32,000 nucleotides of DNA, taken from Candidatus Saccharimonadota bacterium (lineage in GTDB: Bacteria; Patescibacteriota; Saccharimonadia; Saccharimonadales; UBA4665). The stretch is from the NCBI GenBank assembly GCA_016699935.1, contig CP064992.1:330001-362000 (forward strand). The letters are read 5' to 3'. The notes beneath the pieces are model-generated. The model was not told the origin of the DNA and did no database searches. It saw nothing but the letters and a program-made list of their open reading frames with translations. Below, piece by piece: positions 1-9,440 of this stretch; the first letter of the stretch is position 1; each line of letters opens with the position of its first letter. Made by a program: the position numbers and the translations under genes.

Positions 1-1616
1 GCGTGGAAAACCTGGTCACGAAGCTTGCTACCCATACCTTGCTGCGTAATCATATCGCGGGCAAGTTCTGCTGCTTTTTGCAGGTCATTCCCTGCGCCGG
101 TCGTCACACGTTCTTTGCCGTACACAACCTCTTCGGCTATACGCCCACCAAGCATCCGTGCTAGCACATCTTTGTATTCCAATATGCTGTGGTAGCTCTT
201 GTCTTCGGGAGGGATGAACCATGTCACGCCGCCAGTACCACCACGCGGGATAATGGTTACCTTGTGTACAACATCGCTGTCTGGCAGCACGTGACCAACT
301 ATGGCATGTCCTGCTTCGTGGTACGCAGTTAACTCTTTTTCTTTCTCATTCATGACCTTGCTCTTGCGCTCCGGACCAATCGCTACACGCTCAAACGCTT
401 CGGTAACATCCTCTTGGGTAATCTGACTGTGGTTATTACGTGCAGCAACTATCGCGGCTTCATTGGCAATGTTTGCAAGATCAGCACCAGAAGAACCGGC
501 AGTTTTCGCTGACAACGCATCGAGGTCAACGTCTTTCGCGAGTGGCTTGTCTGTGAAATGTATCTGTAAGACAGCGAGACGATCAGCTCGCTCTGGCAGA
601 CCAATTCCTACTCGACGGTCAAAGCGGCCAGGACGCAGGAGTGCGGGGTCAAGTACGTCAGCGCGGTTGGTAGCAGCAAGGACAATAACATTTTGGCCCT
701 GCTCAAACCCATCCATCTCGACAAGAATTTGGTTTAGCGTCTGCTCGCGCTCGTCATGCCCCCCGCCCATGCCGCTGCCACGCCGGCGACCGACGGCGTC
801 AATTTCATCGACAAATATGATGCATGGTGCATTTTTCTTAGCCTTAGCAAAAAGGTCGCGCACTCGACTCGCACCGACACCCACAAACATTTCAACAAAC
901 TCAGAACCAGATATGCTAAAGAATGGTACGCCGGCTTCGCCAGCGACAGCACGCGCTAGCATAGTCTTGCCATTGCCGGGAGGGCCAACGAGCAATACAC
1001 CCTTCGGTATTTTGGCACCAAGAGTTGAAAACTTTTTGGGGAACTTCAGGAATTCGACGACTTCCTCGAGGTCTTGCTTGGCCTCGCCCTGCCCAGCGAT
1101 GTCTTTAAATGTAACCTTATCTTTTTCATTGCCGTAGAGTCTGGCACGAGATTTGCCAAAACTCAACGCTTGGTTGCCCTGACCTTGTGCGCTGCGCATC
1201 ATCCAAATAAGCAAAGCGCCTATGAGTAGCACCGGCACAATTGTCGTCAGCCCAAAACCGACAATGTTTGCGGTTGTCGAACTAGACGGTTTTGCCGTAA
1301 TCTTTACCTTATCGCTCTTGATGCCCACGTCAACCGTGGTGGCACCTTCTTCTAGGCGGGATTTTAGCGTTGGTTTTTCTTTGCCCTTTTCGGTAATAAC
1401 GAGCTGTGAGCCATTGGCTTCTATTTGATCGTACTTGCCGGCATTTGCGTCTTTGACGGCCTGAGTGAACGGAATTTCTTTAAGAACTGCTGGTTGGTTC
1501 ATTGCCGAAATCGCAATGAGCATAAATAGTGTAATAAGGGCTATAAAGCCTATGTTCTTCCCGGTACGCTTGCCTGCAGGCCGCTTACCGTTTGTGCGGG
1601 GTGATTTTGTCTCCAT
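1..1616 (-). CDS. ftsH: ATP-dependent zinc metalloprotease FtsH (N-terminal ~538 codons; C-terminus lies beyond the window start)
   Basis: Not in the ORF track because it runs off the window edge. Minus-strand translation from ATG 1616..1614 gives [21 protein letters not shown] plus a TM helix. It continues into an AAA+ module with Walker [17 protein letters not shown] (~960-1005) and Walker [12 protein letters not shown], then the zinc-protease motif HEAGHA (~303-330). Plus-strand ORFs 463..1137 and 756..959 are shadow frames. TATACT (1625-1630, minus) lies 8 nt upstream of the ATG. Confidence 0.95.
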   Translation of the reverse strand, partial: METKSPRTNGKRPAGKRTGKNIGFIALITLFMLIAISAMNQPAVLKEIPFTQAVKDANAGKYDQIEANGSQLVITEKGKEKPTLKSRLEEGATTVDVGIKSDKVKITAKPSSSTTANIVGFGLTTIVPVLLIGALLIWMMRSAQGQGNQALSFGKSRARLYGNEKDKVTFKDIAGQGEAKQDLEEVVEFLKFPKKFSTLGAKIPKGVLLVGPPGNGKTMLARAVAGEAGVPFFSISGSEFVEMFVGVGASRVRDLFAKAKKNAPCIIFVDEIDAVGRRRGSGMGGGHDEREQTLNQILVEMDGFEQGQNVIVLAATNRADVLDPALLRPGRFDRRVGIGLPERADRLAVLQIHFTDKPLAKDVDLDALSAKTAGSSGADLANIANEAAIVAARNNHSQITQEDVTEAFERVAIGPERKSKVMNEKEKELTAYHEAGHAIVGHVLPDSDVVHKVTIIPRGGTGGVTWFIPPEDKSYHSILEYKDVLARMLGGRIAEEVVYGKERVTTGAGNDLQKAAELARDMITQQGMGSKLRDQVFH

Positions 1617-1702
1617 GTCGAAATAGTATACAACAGATACACCGCTTTTTCGACCGTTTCACCCAGGATGAGATATTTAACAGAGGTGGTCTCCACCTTG
1701 GT

Positions 1703-3689
1703 TCAGTTTTCGTCGCGCATGTCACGAATGGGGTTGCGCCGAATATTGGTCATCAGCGGTAAAACTGTGCTAAGTATGGCGGCCGCGGCAATCAAACAAA
1801 TGATTATTGCGGCGTACTGAAAATCAAAACCGTAAAAACTAAACTGTTTGTGAATGTCACTGGCGTTGTAGGCTAGAACCGCTGAAACCGATGCATCGGG
1901 TGAGAGTTTATTGCTAAACAGCAGAGCAGCAGTCGAGCCAATGATAAACGAGATTAAAACTATAAAAACACCAATAAATAAGCTGTACGTTAGGTATATT
2001 TGTGCGATGGCGAAACGTGTCGCACCGAGCGCCCGGAAAACAGCAGTCTCGCGTCGACTGTCGGCAATTATTTTGCCTACTATTCCCATGAGTACCAGGC
2101 TAGCTATCACAAGTACTACTGGCGCAACGTATCGCATAACCTTCCAAACCCCCCGGCGCATATCTTCGATGGCGCTGGCGTTGTTTCCGAAGGGTGATAT
2201 ATCAAAATATTTACCCATTTTGTAGCAATCAACGACACGGGGGTCGCTCTGCCCTGGCTTGGGTATGCCTGGTGATGAGCTAAACGTAACCTTACTATCA
2301 CAGCTGTTTTCTTTGGCGAATTGTTTGGCCGCAGTTAAGCTGGCAAATTCTGCATAGTATGTTTTCTCAGCATTTGTTTTTTGGCAATATTGGGCTGGAT
2401 TTTGTCGGCAATAGAACCTTCGACTATCGCTTCTGTCGGCGAAAACCATCCTCCCCTAGCCCTGTCTTTAGGACGCTTTCTATAATGCTGCGAGCACTGA
2501 AGCCTTGCTGGAACGATAAATCCTGGACAAATCCGACAACCCTTACTTTTAGTATTCCCTGTGCTGGTTCCTGGTAGTTTTCGTACTGCTTTTTGAACGC
2601 AAGTTCATAGGCTGCTTGTTTCTTCTCTTCATACGAGCGAGTGTCTTTTTTGACGGTTACTTCACCACACGGATCAATCGGTATGGCATATTGTAAACTG
2701 GGGGCTGTGTAGTTTGCTTTACCCTTGTTGGCAGCAATCTCTTTGGCCTGATTTTTTACTTGTTCGAGCAAACCAGAGCTAGTGCCATTGCGATAGCATA
2801 GCATTGTTGTTTTGCCGGCTATGTCTCTACGAAGTGTTACTAGTCTGTCGAGTCGTTGCTGGGTTGTCGCTGTGGCTGGTAAACTTGGCAGACCCAACAT
2901 TTGCTCGGCAGCGCTTACTGGGGCTAGCACTGGCACCTCTCCATCTTTGCCTAAAGCCAAGTTCTGACCGGGTAAAACAAATGGTGTCATCAAACTACTA
3001 TCGAAATAAGTCCAGCCCGAAGTTGTCAGAGTGGCGACACCTCTTGGCCCATTGAAATTATTTCCACCAGATTGATCTATGGCTTGCTCTTTGCCGTCAA
3101 TGATTGGAACAACAGATGTCATCCCAGCATCCTGTGACATGCCGAAATTAGCCGTGTTGACACCACCGGAGCTTCTGTATAGCTGTTTTGCGCCTGCTTT
3201 ACTTGCCAGCTTCGAAAAATCGTCAAAACTAATGTGTTCAAGGCTTTGGACATACGAGTCTAGAGCCGCTTTTGTTTCTGGGTAGCTATTATTTAGGAAG
3301 TAGTCTGTGCCGCCACTCTCATTTTTATATTCGCTAACAGGCAAATTCATGTCGTTTGCTGGATCATAGTTTTGATTTAGTCTTTTGGCGGCCGCCTTTT
3401 TTTCTGCCTTTAGTGTTACAGTTCGTGCTTTGAGGTTTTCGAATATTTCTGGAGTTCCGGTATTCATGATCATACCGTCAACTATGGGTCGCCCTTGGAC
3501 GATAAAACGACTGCCAAGTCCTTCGCTGCCAAAAGATTGTGCACTCCGTGCTGCACCAGTTAGCATAGAAAGTATTAGAACTATACCGGCAAAAAGAAGT
3601 GAGGCTATAAACAAGATTATTCCAGTCCGAATCCGGTGAGTACGCAGTTTGGCTGCCGCCAACTGGACGCTATCGCGAAGCGTCATCAT
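1703..3689 (-). CDS. MacB/FtsX-type ABC transporter permease, split into two ORFs by one frameshift
   Basis: ORF 2424..3689 (421 aa) has an N-terminal TM helix and a large extracytoplasmic domain. ORF 1703..2449 (248 aa) has the C-terminal FtsX-type TM bundle (...FRALGATRFAIAQIYL...). They are consecutive parts of one permease in different frames. The two frames are simultaneously open only at 2427-2455 (contains GGTTTTC on the minus strand). The start ATGA-overlaps the stop of the upstream ATPase (3686-3689). Confidence 0.8.
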
Positions 3690-4507
3690 GATGCAATTGC
3701 CCCGTCAGACATGTGAATTGATCGATCCGCCATACCGGCTAGTGCCAAGTCATGAGTTACCACCACTACAGTGGTCCCTCGTTCATCGCGAATTTGTTTA
3801 AAAAGATCAAAGATGGCAGTGGCATTGGCATGGTCAAGATTACCTGTCGGCTCGTCGGCCAGTAAAATTTCTGGGTCATTTTGCAGCGCCCGAGCAATAG
3901 CCGCCCTTTGCATTTGCCCGCCCGAGAGCTCCCTGGGGTAGTGCCTAAGTCTATCTCCCAAACCAACCGTTTCAGCCAGCTCAGCACTCTTATTTTTGCG
4001 TAGCGCTCTTTTGGTGCGAGCAAACATAGCCGGTACTTCCAGATTGGTTTGCAGGCGCAAAAAGGGCTGCAGATAGAAAAACTGAAACACAAAACCAATG
4101 GTGCGATTACGAAACCGCGAAAGTTTGCCATCGTGCAGCTTGTGCAGATCTTGATCATGCACCACGATGCTGCCCTTACTGGGCTTATCGAGACCACCCA
4201 TCAGTTGCAAAAGCGTACTTTTACCGCTGCCGCTGGTACCCGTTATGGCAACAAATTCGCCCTTGTGAATCTGTAGGCTGACGCCTTTCAAAGCCTCAAC
4301 ATGTGTTTTAGCCATTTTGTAGGATTTACAGACATCTTCGACGCGCACTACTACCTCATCACTTTTTGGCTTGTATGTACTGGCCTCGCGTGACGACTTG
4401 GCTGCCAGCTTTAACTCCTGCAGAGCAACCCTTAGGTCATCGCCACAGGCTTTGAGCAATTGAATCGCAAATGCTTGCTTGGAATCAGTGTCATTCCCAC
4501 CGTTCAT
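3686..4507 (-). CDS. ABC transporter ATP-binding protein (MacB/LolD-like partner of the FtsX permease)
   Basis: 273-aa intact ORF with Walker A GTSGSGKST, signature LSGGQMQRAAIARAL, Walker B ILLADEPTGNLD and H-loop VVTHD, plus a ~45-aa N-terminal extension. TAAACT (4516-4521, minus) lies 8 nt upstream of the ATG. Confidence 0.9.
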   Translation of the reverse strand: MNGGNDTDSKQAFAIQLLKACGDDLRVALQELKLAAKSSREASTYKPKSDEVVVRVEDVCKSYKMAKTHVEALKGVSLQIHKGEFVAITGTSGSGKSTLLQLMGGLDKPSKGSIVVHDQDLHKLHDGKLSRFRNRTIGFVFQFFYLQPFLRLQTNLEVPAMFARTKRALRKNKSAELAETVGLGDRLRHYPRELSGGQMQRAAIARALQNDPEILLADEPTGNLDHANATAIFDLFKQIRDERGTTVVVVTHDLALAGMADRSIHMSDGAIAS

Positions 4508-4607
4508 AAGCTTTTAGTTTACTCTGCTTATGTTCCGTTTGCAAAGAAAATTACACCAGTATTCAAACCTATCACCTCTCCTAGCCCACCACATATTCCA
4601 CATCAAT

Positions 4608-4651
4608 CTTTTCTACATTTTTGTCCCAGCTGGGACAGAAATGTAGAAAAG
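4608..4651. repeat. Palindrome family copy 1 (core TACATTTTTGTCCCAGCTGGGACAGAAATGTA)
   Basis: 4612-4647 pairs 17/18 with itself around the centre 4629|4630. Flanking CTTT/AAAG extends it to 4608-4651. It lies 21 nt downstream of the reconstructed tilS stop and 100 nt upstream of the ABC ATPase start. A second copy is at 22796-22833. Confidence 0.85.
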
Positions 4652-4672
4652 GATCTTTCGTATGATCATATT

Positions 4673-5610
4673 TTAGCTCTCTATCAATAGTGCCGTACTG
4701 CGAGCAATCCGAAACGAATAACCTTTCGCGATATCTACCTGTGAATTGTTACGGCCAGTACGCATAGCCACGTCTAAACGAAATATGAGTTTTGATGTCA
4801 CTCCTACTGAGGTATGCCGGCGAATCCACTCGGCCAGGACTTCGCGGGCTACATCTTTGGTAGCTCGCGGTACCGTTCGCGGTCGATATTTACTGTGGTT
4901 GTATGCTGTACCAAATATTCGTCGACGAGACTATGAATGGCATCGTTCAGCTCGGCTGCTTTCGCACTGTGTTCGAGCAACTTTGCTCGGGCTTTTTCGT
5001 CGAGTTTCGTAACGATATGTTTGCGAATGTAGTTGCGCAAGTACGTTTCGTCGGCATTGGTACTGTCTTCGCGCCAAACCAGATTGTGCGAATGGGCATA
5101 AGCTCTTATCTGTTTTTGGTCATCCCAAGTAAAGGACGCCGTACGAACTGATTTGAACGCAGTGAACTAAGCCCCTACTTTTTTGTACCGCGCAGCCAGT
5201 TAATGATGATCGTTTCAAGCACATCATCTTCGTGGTGTGCCGTGATGATAGCATCGGCGCCAACTGCCTCTTTCACCCTTGAGAGAAACGCGTAGCGCGC
5301 TTCCCGCGCTACTGCTTCACTCGCACCAGCGCCAAGCTCCGCCCGGTCATACACAAACGGCAACCCGTATTGCTTGGCAAGTTTTTGCACCAGCTTCCTA
5401 TCCTCCACTGAATCAGGCCGAATGCCGTGGTCAAAGTGAGCCACCGTGAAAAAGTATGAGGAACGGGGAATAGGGAATAATGACCTTTTGTCCTCATTCT
5501 TCGTTCTCCGTTCTTCGTTCACTTTTGCATCAAAAGATGCAAAAGAACGACTGAGTCCACACCCCGCTCACCGCCACCACGTACCGCCCACCTGGTAAAT
5601 CTATTTCCAT
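4673..5610 (-). pseudogene. tilS: tRNA(Ile)-lysidine synthase TilS, disrupted at >=5 positions (or heavily mis-called assembly)
   Basis: The frame-restored minus-strand reading starts MEIDLPGGRYVVAVSGGVDSVVLLHLL (PP-loop SGGxDS). It continues ...TVAHFDHGIRPDS...ITAHHEDDVLETIIINWLRG...RPLLGMTKKQIRAYAHSHNLVWREDSTNADETYLRNYIR... and ends with a C-terminal domain at TAA 4673-4675. ORF-track pieces are 5175..5522 and 4849..5040. Lesions: C4 5562-5565, T4 5523-5526, in-frame TAG 5175-5177, T5 5113-5117, and a shift near 4850-4860. Confidence 0.8.
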
Positions 5611-5659
5611 ATACTATAATTATACTCGTCAAACATAATTCTTTGGAAACGATGTAAAA

Positions 5660-6172
5660 ATGAAGCAACTATATTTCATACGCCACGGGCAGAGTGAGCT
5701 CAACAAACGGAAAATTTTGGCCGGTCATACCGACACGCCACTTACAGCCAAGGGACGCGAGCAAGCCAAGGCAGCCGGGAAGGGTGCTCATGGCTTAGCC
5801 ATTGATTGCATTGTGTCGTCACCACTGAGCAGGGCGCATGAGACGGCTCAAATTCTGGCACGCGAAATTGGTTTTCCACCAGATACAATTATTCTGAACC
5901 GGCTGGTCATAGAACGTACCTACGGAGAGCTGGAAGGGACACCGTGGGATACTGAATCGCACATAGACGACGTCGATGGAGTTGAAACATTAGCAGAAGT
6001 ACTAGCACGCGCCCATGAAACCCTGGCATACGTTCGTTCGCTCCCGTATGAAAATATCCTCATAGCCAGCCATGGCACATTCGGGCTCGCTCTCTTGGCT
6101 GCTATCCGTAATGAAGCGACATTTCAAGACGTTGACGGCATACCGAACGCAGAAGTAATTCGAATCATCTAG
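5660..6172 (+). CDS. Histidine phosphatase family protein (phosphoglycerate-mutase-like)
   Basis: 170-aa intact ORF. The N-terminal catalytic RHG motif (LYFIRHGQSELN) and the later ...SPLSRAHETA... and ...ASHG... blocks are typical of the family. Confidence 0.85.
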   Translation: MKQLYFIRHGQSELNKRKILAGHTDTPLTAKGREQAKAAGKGAHGLAIDCIVSSPLSRAHETAQILAREIGFPPDTIILNRLVIERTYGELEGTPWDTESHIDDVDGVETLAEVLARAHETLAYVRSLPYENILIASHGTFGLALLAAIRNEATFQDVDGIPNAEVIRII

Positions 6173-6221
6173 CCACTCATATTTGGCGGTGCTATACTAG
6201 TAAGTACAAGCGAAACCAAAC

Positions 6222-6986
6222 ATGGAAAAAGATATCATCATTTTACTCGTGGGCATAGTTGTTGGCGCCATGAATGCAATTGCTGGCGGCGGCATGCTCA
6301 TTGGCTTCCCGGTGCTCCTCAGTCTGGGCGTACCGCCACTGGTTGCAAACATCACAGCCAACATCATTACACCCCCTGGACAAATTGCCGCTGTCTACGC
6401 GTATCGGAGCTACCTGCGCCGCGTACCGAAACGATATATCCTCATTTTGCCGTTTGTGGCAGTTGGCGCACTAGCTGGCGCACTCACACTCCGCGCCATG
6501 CCTGGCAGTAATTTTGCCGATATGGTTCCGCTCCTCATTCTTTTCGGGGTAGCTCTCTTTGCATTTCAACCGTCATTGCACCTTCACTTACATAGTCACC
6601 TACATGGTCGCAAGAAAACTTTGCTCCCAATTTTGCTTATAGGACTAGCCCTCATGCCGATCACGTTTTACGGTGGGTTTTTCGGCGCTGGCTACGGGTT
6701 TATTATGCTCGCGTTTCTCGGCCTCGGGAAAGTCCACGAGGTTCACATGCTCGCTGCTATGAAAAATGTCTCGGCCATACTAGTTTCTCTCATTTCTATC
6801 GCCGTTTTGTATTCGACCGGGCTCGTTGACTGGCATATTGGCTTAGTCATGGCCGTAGGCACAACTATCGGCGGCTACTTGGGTGCGCATGCCGCAAAAA
6901 GGGTGTCGTCGTACTGGCTTCGCATAGCAGTCATTATCATCGGCCTTGCCGCCGCCACTCACCTCGCTTTGAAGAACTACTCCTGA
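6222..6986 (+). CDS. TauE/SafE (DUF81) family anion-export membrane protein
   Basis: 254-aa intact ORF that is polytopic and Gly-rich. The N-terminal helix VGAMNAIAGGGMLIGFPVLL is characteristic of TauE/SafE permeases. Confidence 0.8.
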   Translation: MEKDIIILLVGIVVGAMNAIAGGGMLIGFPVLLSLGVPPLVANITANIITPPGQIAAVYAYRSYLRRVPKRYILILPFVAVGALAGALTLRAMPGSNFADMVPLLILFGVALFAFQPSLHLHLHSHLHGRKKTLLPILLIGLALMPITFYGGFFGAGYGFIMLAFLGLGKVHEVHMLAAMKNVSAILVSLISIAVLYSTGLVDWHIGLVMAVGTTIGGYLGAHAAKRVSSYWLRIAVIIIGLAAATHLALKNYS

Positions 6987-7072
6987 CATTTCACCTGGGA
7001 TTACTACTTTATGTCTATCGATTCCACCCCATTGCATACAAACATATTTGAGATGAAGGCTTTGAATAATAA

Positions 7073-7092
7073 ATAGCCTACGAAGAGGCTAT
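7073..7092 (-). terminator. Rho-independent terminator downstream of tRNA-Met
   Basis: 7-bp stem ATAGCCT/AGGCTAT with a 6-nt loop. On the minus strand it is followed by TTATTATT. Confidence 0.5.
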
Positions 7093-7103
7093 AAATTCAA
7101 ACT

Positions 7104-7180
7104 TGGTAGCACCAGGTGGGCTCGAACCACCGACCTCAGGCTTATGAGTCCTGCGCTCTAACCAGCTGAGCTATGGTGCC
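7104..7180 (-). tRNA. tRNA-Met (anticodon CAU), elongator type
   Basis: Minus-strand cloverleaf: GGCACCA-TA-GCTC-AGCTGGTTA-GAGC-G-CAGGA-CTCATAA-GCCTG-AGGTC-GGTGG-TTCGAGC-CCACC-TGGTGCT-A-CCA. It has a G1-U72 pair, one A-G mismatch at 31-39, and an encoded CCA. The anticodon is at 7144-7146. Confidence 0.9.
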
Positions 7181-7274
7181 ATATGTAAGTTGTAAACATC
7201 ACGCTGTTAGTTTTTCGATGTATTCAGCATGGAACAGAGACGATTGTAACAGATTGAGTTACAAATTTCCAGAG

Positions 7275-7480
7275 CTATCGCAGCAAACAGCCGCCGGTGG
7301 CGACTATGCGGGAGCCTGTGAGATAGCTGCCGGGGTCGCTGGTAAAAAAGAACGCAACGCGACCCATTTCGTTCGGGGTCACCAAACTGTTTCGTGGGTA
7401 TCTTGAACCTATGCTGCGTTAGCCACTCATGGTTCAGTCCGGTGAAATTCTCGGAGATACACGTGCAACGGGTCGGTTTG
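7275..7480 (-). pseudogene. C-terminal remnant (~65 codons) of a short-chain dehydrogenase/reductase (SDR)
   Basis: The minus-strand reading is ...CISENFTGLNHEWLTQHRFKIPTKQFGDP, then a frameshift in a C4 run, then NEMGRVAFFFTSDPGSYLTGSRIVATGGCLLR*. This matches the SDR C-terminal pattern (G.P.E....v.F..Sd...Y.TG....v.GG). No Rossmann N-terminus is present. The fragment begins directly after the GT4 stop codon, in the same frame. Confidence 0.45.
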
Positions 7481-7482
7481 GA

Positions 7483-8476
7483 CTAGATGTGTAATACCGC
7501 AATAAGCGTGTTCACCGATGTTTCGAGCGAAAAACTAGACCGAGCTATGGCACGTTCTTTTTTAGTTGCAGCACCGAGCGCCACAGCCTGGTCGATTCCG
7601 TTGAGTAGAGCCTTTGGATCACGCGGCTCAACCAGTGTCAGTAAGCCGCAATTCGTCTCAGGAAGGCCGCCAAGGTTACTCGCTACGACCCGACAGCCGG
7701 CATGCTGCGCTTCTATAGATAGCATTCCAAATGGTTCAGCATAGACTGACGGTACTACTAAGATGTCACTGCGACTAAGGAGCCCAGCCATACTTAGCAC
7801 CGTTTTTTGCGGCGGCAACAGTTGGGCGTAGCGATACCCACTCAGCATATGTGCTATCGTCCGGCCTGTCTCCACATGCTGCCCCGCGAGTACGATGCTT
7901 ACTTTGTGGCCATTTTGCTGCATAACCTTGTCGTGCATCATTTCAAGTAGCGTGTATATGCCCTTTTCTGGATGAAGACGACCTGCATACAATATGCGCG
8001 TTTGCTTTGTCTGCTTAGCCCGCTCGACACTGCCAAACACGGGGTCAGCGAAGGGTAGTACGATGTTTATTCGGCTATATGGTATGTCAAGATACAGAGC
8101 CCATTGCTGTGCGCTGTAGATGCTTGTTGCAATGACTATTTTACCCGAGACGTGCTCTTTGTATCTGAGCTTTTCACTTGATTTAGGTATAACGCAGTGC
8201 AAAATAATGGCTGCTTTATGTTTATTTGTATGTGGATAGGCCCGATTCACGAAAACTATTTGTCCTCTTAGGTGCGATAAATCATCGGGAGATTTTAATG
8301 CTAAAAAGGTATATCCTGAAGTCTTTTCGACCGTCACGTGTTCCGTGACCGATTGTGACGACTTGGGCAGCGATACCACGGCGAAGAAGCTCGCGGATAT
8401 GCCCAGCGGTATACGTTTCTGAACCACCTGTCCCTGCAAGCATTGGCTCGCCAAGTGGCCATACAAATGAAATCAT
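7483..8476 (-). CDS. GT4-family (GT-B) glycosyltransferase, one frameshift
   Basis: ORF 8282..8476 supplies the N-terminus (MISFVWPLGEPMLAGTGGSETYTAGHIRELLRRGI). ORF 7483..8466 supplies the rest (ILYAGRLHPEKG...PSVYAEPFGMLSIEAQHAGCRVVASNLGGLPE). The frame switch localises to T4 8324-8327. An AGGAG Shine-Dalgarno lies upstream of ATG 8476. Confidence 0.85.
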
Positions 8477-8614
8477 CCTCGACTCCTATCTTATAAACGC
8501 TACATAACCTCAATTCGACATACGCATACTACAAAGGCTCTACTCGCCGTCAGCAGCGATGCGAGAGCAGCGCCTTTAGGGGTGGGGAACTTTTTGGCTG
8601 GACTTACTCCAGCC

Positions 8615-8641
8615 AAAAAGTGGGGAGGGCGAGCCCTCCAC
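8615..8641 (-). terminator. Rho-independent terminator after the 8726..9420 gene
   Basis: On the minus strand there is a GC-rich stem GTGGAGGG-CTCG-CCCTC(C)CCAC (8620-8641, one bulge) followed by TTTTT (8615-8619). An adjacent 13-bp hairpin lies at 8589-8621. Confidence 0.55.
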
Positions 8642-8725
8642 TTCTGAGGTCGACAGTTATGTCGAGTTCAGGCTAAATAGAGTTAAGGAAACGACTGGTG
8701 CTACGAGGGTTTATCTTAAGATAAT

Positions 8726-9420
8726 CTAGTAACTTAAGTATACCATCTTCGGTGGTGAATTGCTACCGCGCGGTGGGTTTTTTGGCGGTTTTTGCGACTT
8801 TTTCACTGAAGCACGGACGGCTTTGCCCTCTAGAGCTTGTACTGGTGCGGGGCAATCGCACTGTCCCGTAACACCGTAGCGCTTCGTCATCAGGCACTTT
8901 TGGCAGCGGCAAAAACGGACGGCGATCACCACAAACAGACTCGCCAAGTAACCCAATATTGTGAGGAGCAGGAGTCGCCGAGCATGCTTTTCGGTCATCT
9001 TAAGTGACTGGCCACCGACAACATAGTAGTCCTTGGCCGCCACTGTCACACTCGCAATCCGGATGTCTGAACGCGGCGCCCACGTTACCGCGTGTGGCTC
9101 GCCAGGTTTGGCATGGTTTACGACACCTGTCGGCATAAGTGCAAGTTTCTTATCTAGATAGCCTGAACCAGCCACAGCCTTACCCTTTTGTCGTAGACAA
9201 TCACAAACGGAACTGGATTATTGGCAAGGTCAGTCGCACCCATTTGTATACTTGTCAGACCAAGCCCAGCATCGAGCTGTTTAGCGGCCTGCGTAGCAAG
9301 GAGCTGCGGCATGTCATTCGCCATGAGCCGCCCCTGCTGCTGTACGAGTCCGTACATGCTTGCGAAAACTATGGTAATGAGAACAATGCGTGAAATAAGT
9401 GGATGTCTATACATAGGCAT
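8726..9420 (-). CDS. Hypothetical membrane-anchored protein, one frameshift
   Basis: ORF 9154..9420 has an N-terminal TM (RIVLITIVFASMYGLV). ORF 8726..9175 has a second TM near the C-terminus and a Cys-rich tail (CRCQKC...CDCP). They join as ...VIVYDKKGKAVAGSGYLDKK... if T4 9186-9189 is T5. The likely start is ATG 9414, since TACAAT 9422-9427 lies 7 nt upstream. Confidence 0.6.
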
Positions 9421-9440
9421 TATTGTACAGCAGCAAAGCG

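Noticed and set aside
463-1137. Plus-strand ORFs 463..1137, 756..959 and 1222..1428, and minus-strand 734..952.
   Set aside because: They are shadow frames of the clearly identifiable minus-strand ftsH, with low-complexity Arg/Ser/Pro-rich translations.
7173-7406. 77-aa plus-strand ORF next to tRNA-Met.
   Set aside because: It starts inside the tRNA gene and runs antisense to the SDR remnant, whose minus-strand translation matches a known family pattern.
8477-8725. A 250-nt intergenic region with stable hairpins and a GCTGCTGACGGCGAGTAG string. I considered it as tmRNA (tag ORF) or SRP RNA.
   Set aside because: There is no tRNA-like 5' GGGG... end or 3' T-arm with CCA, no resume-codon context, and no GGAA-capped domain IV. 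It is too short for tmRNA. The hairpins are adequately explained as the terminator of the 8726-9420 gene.
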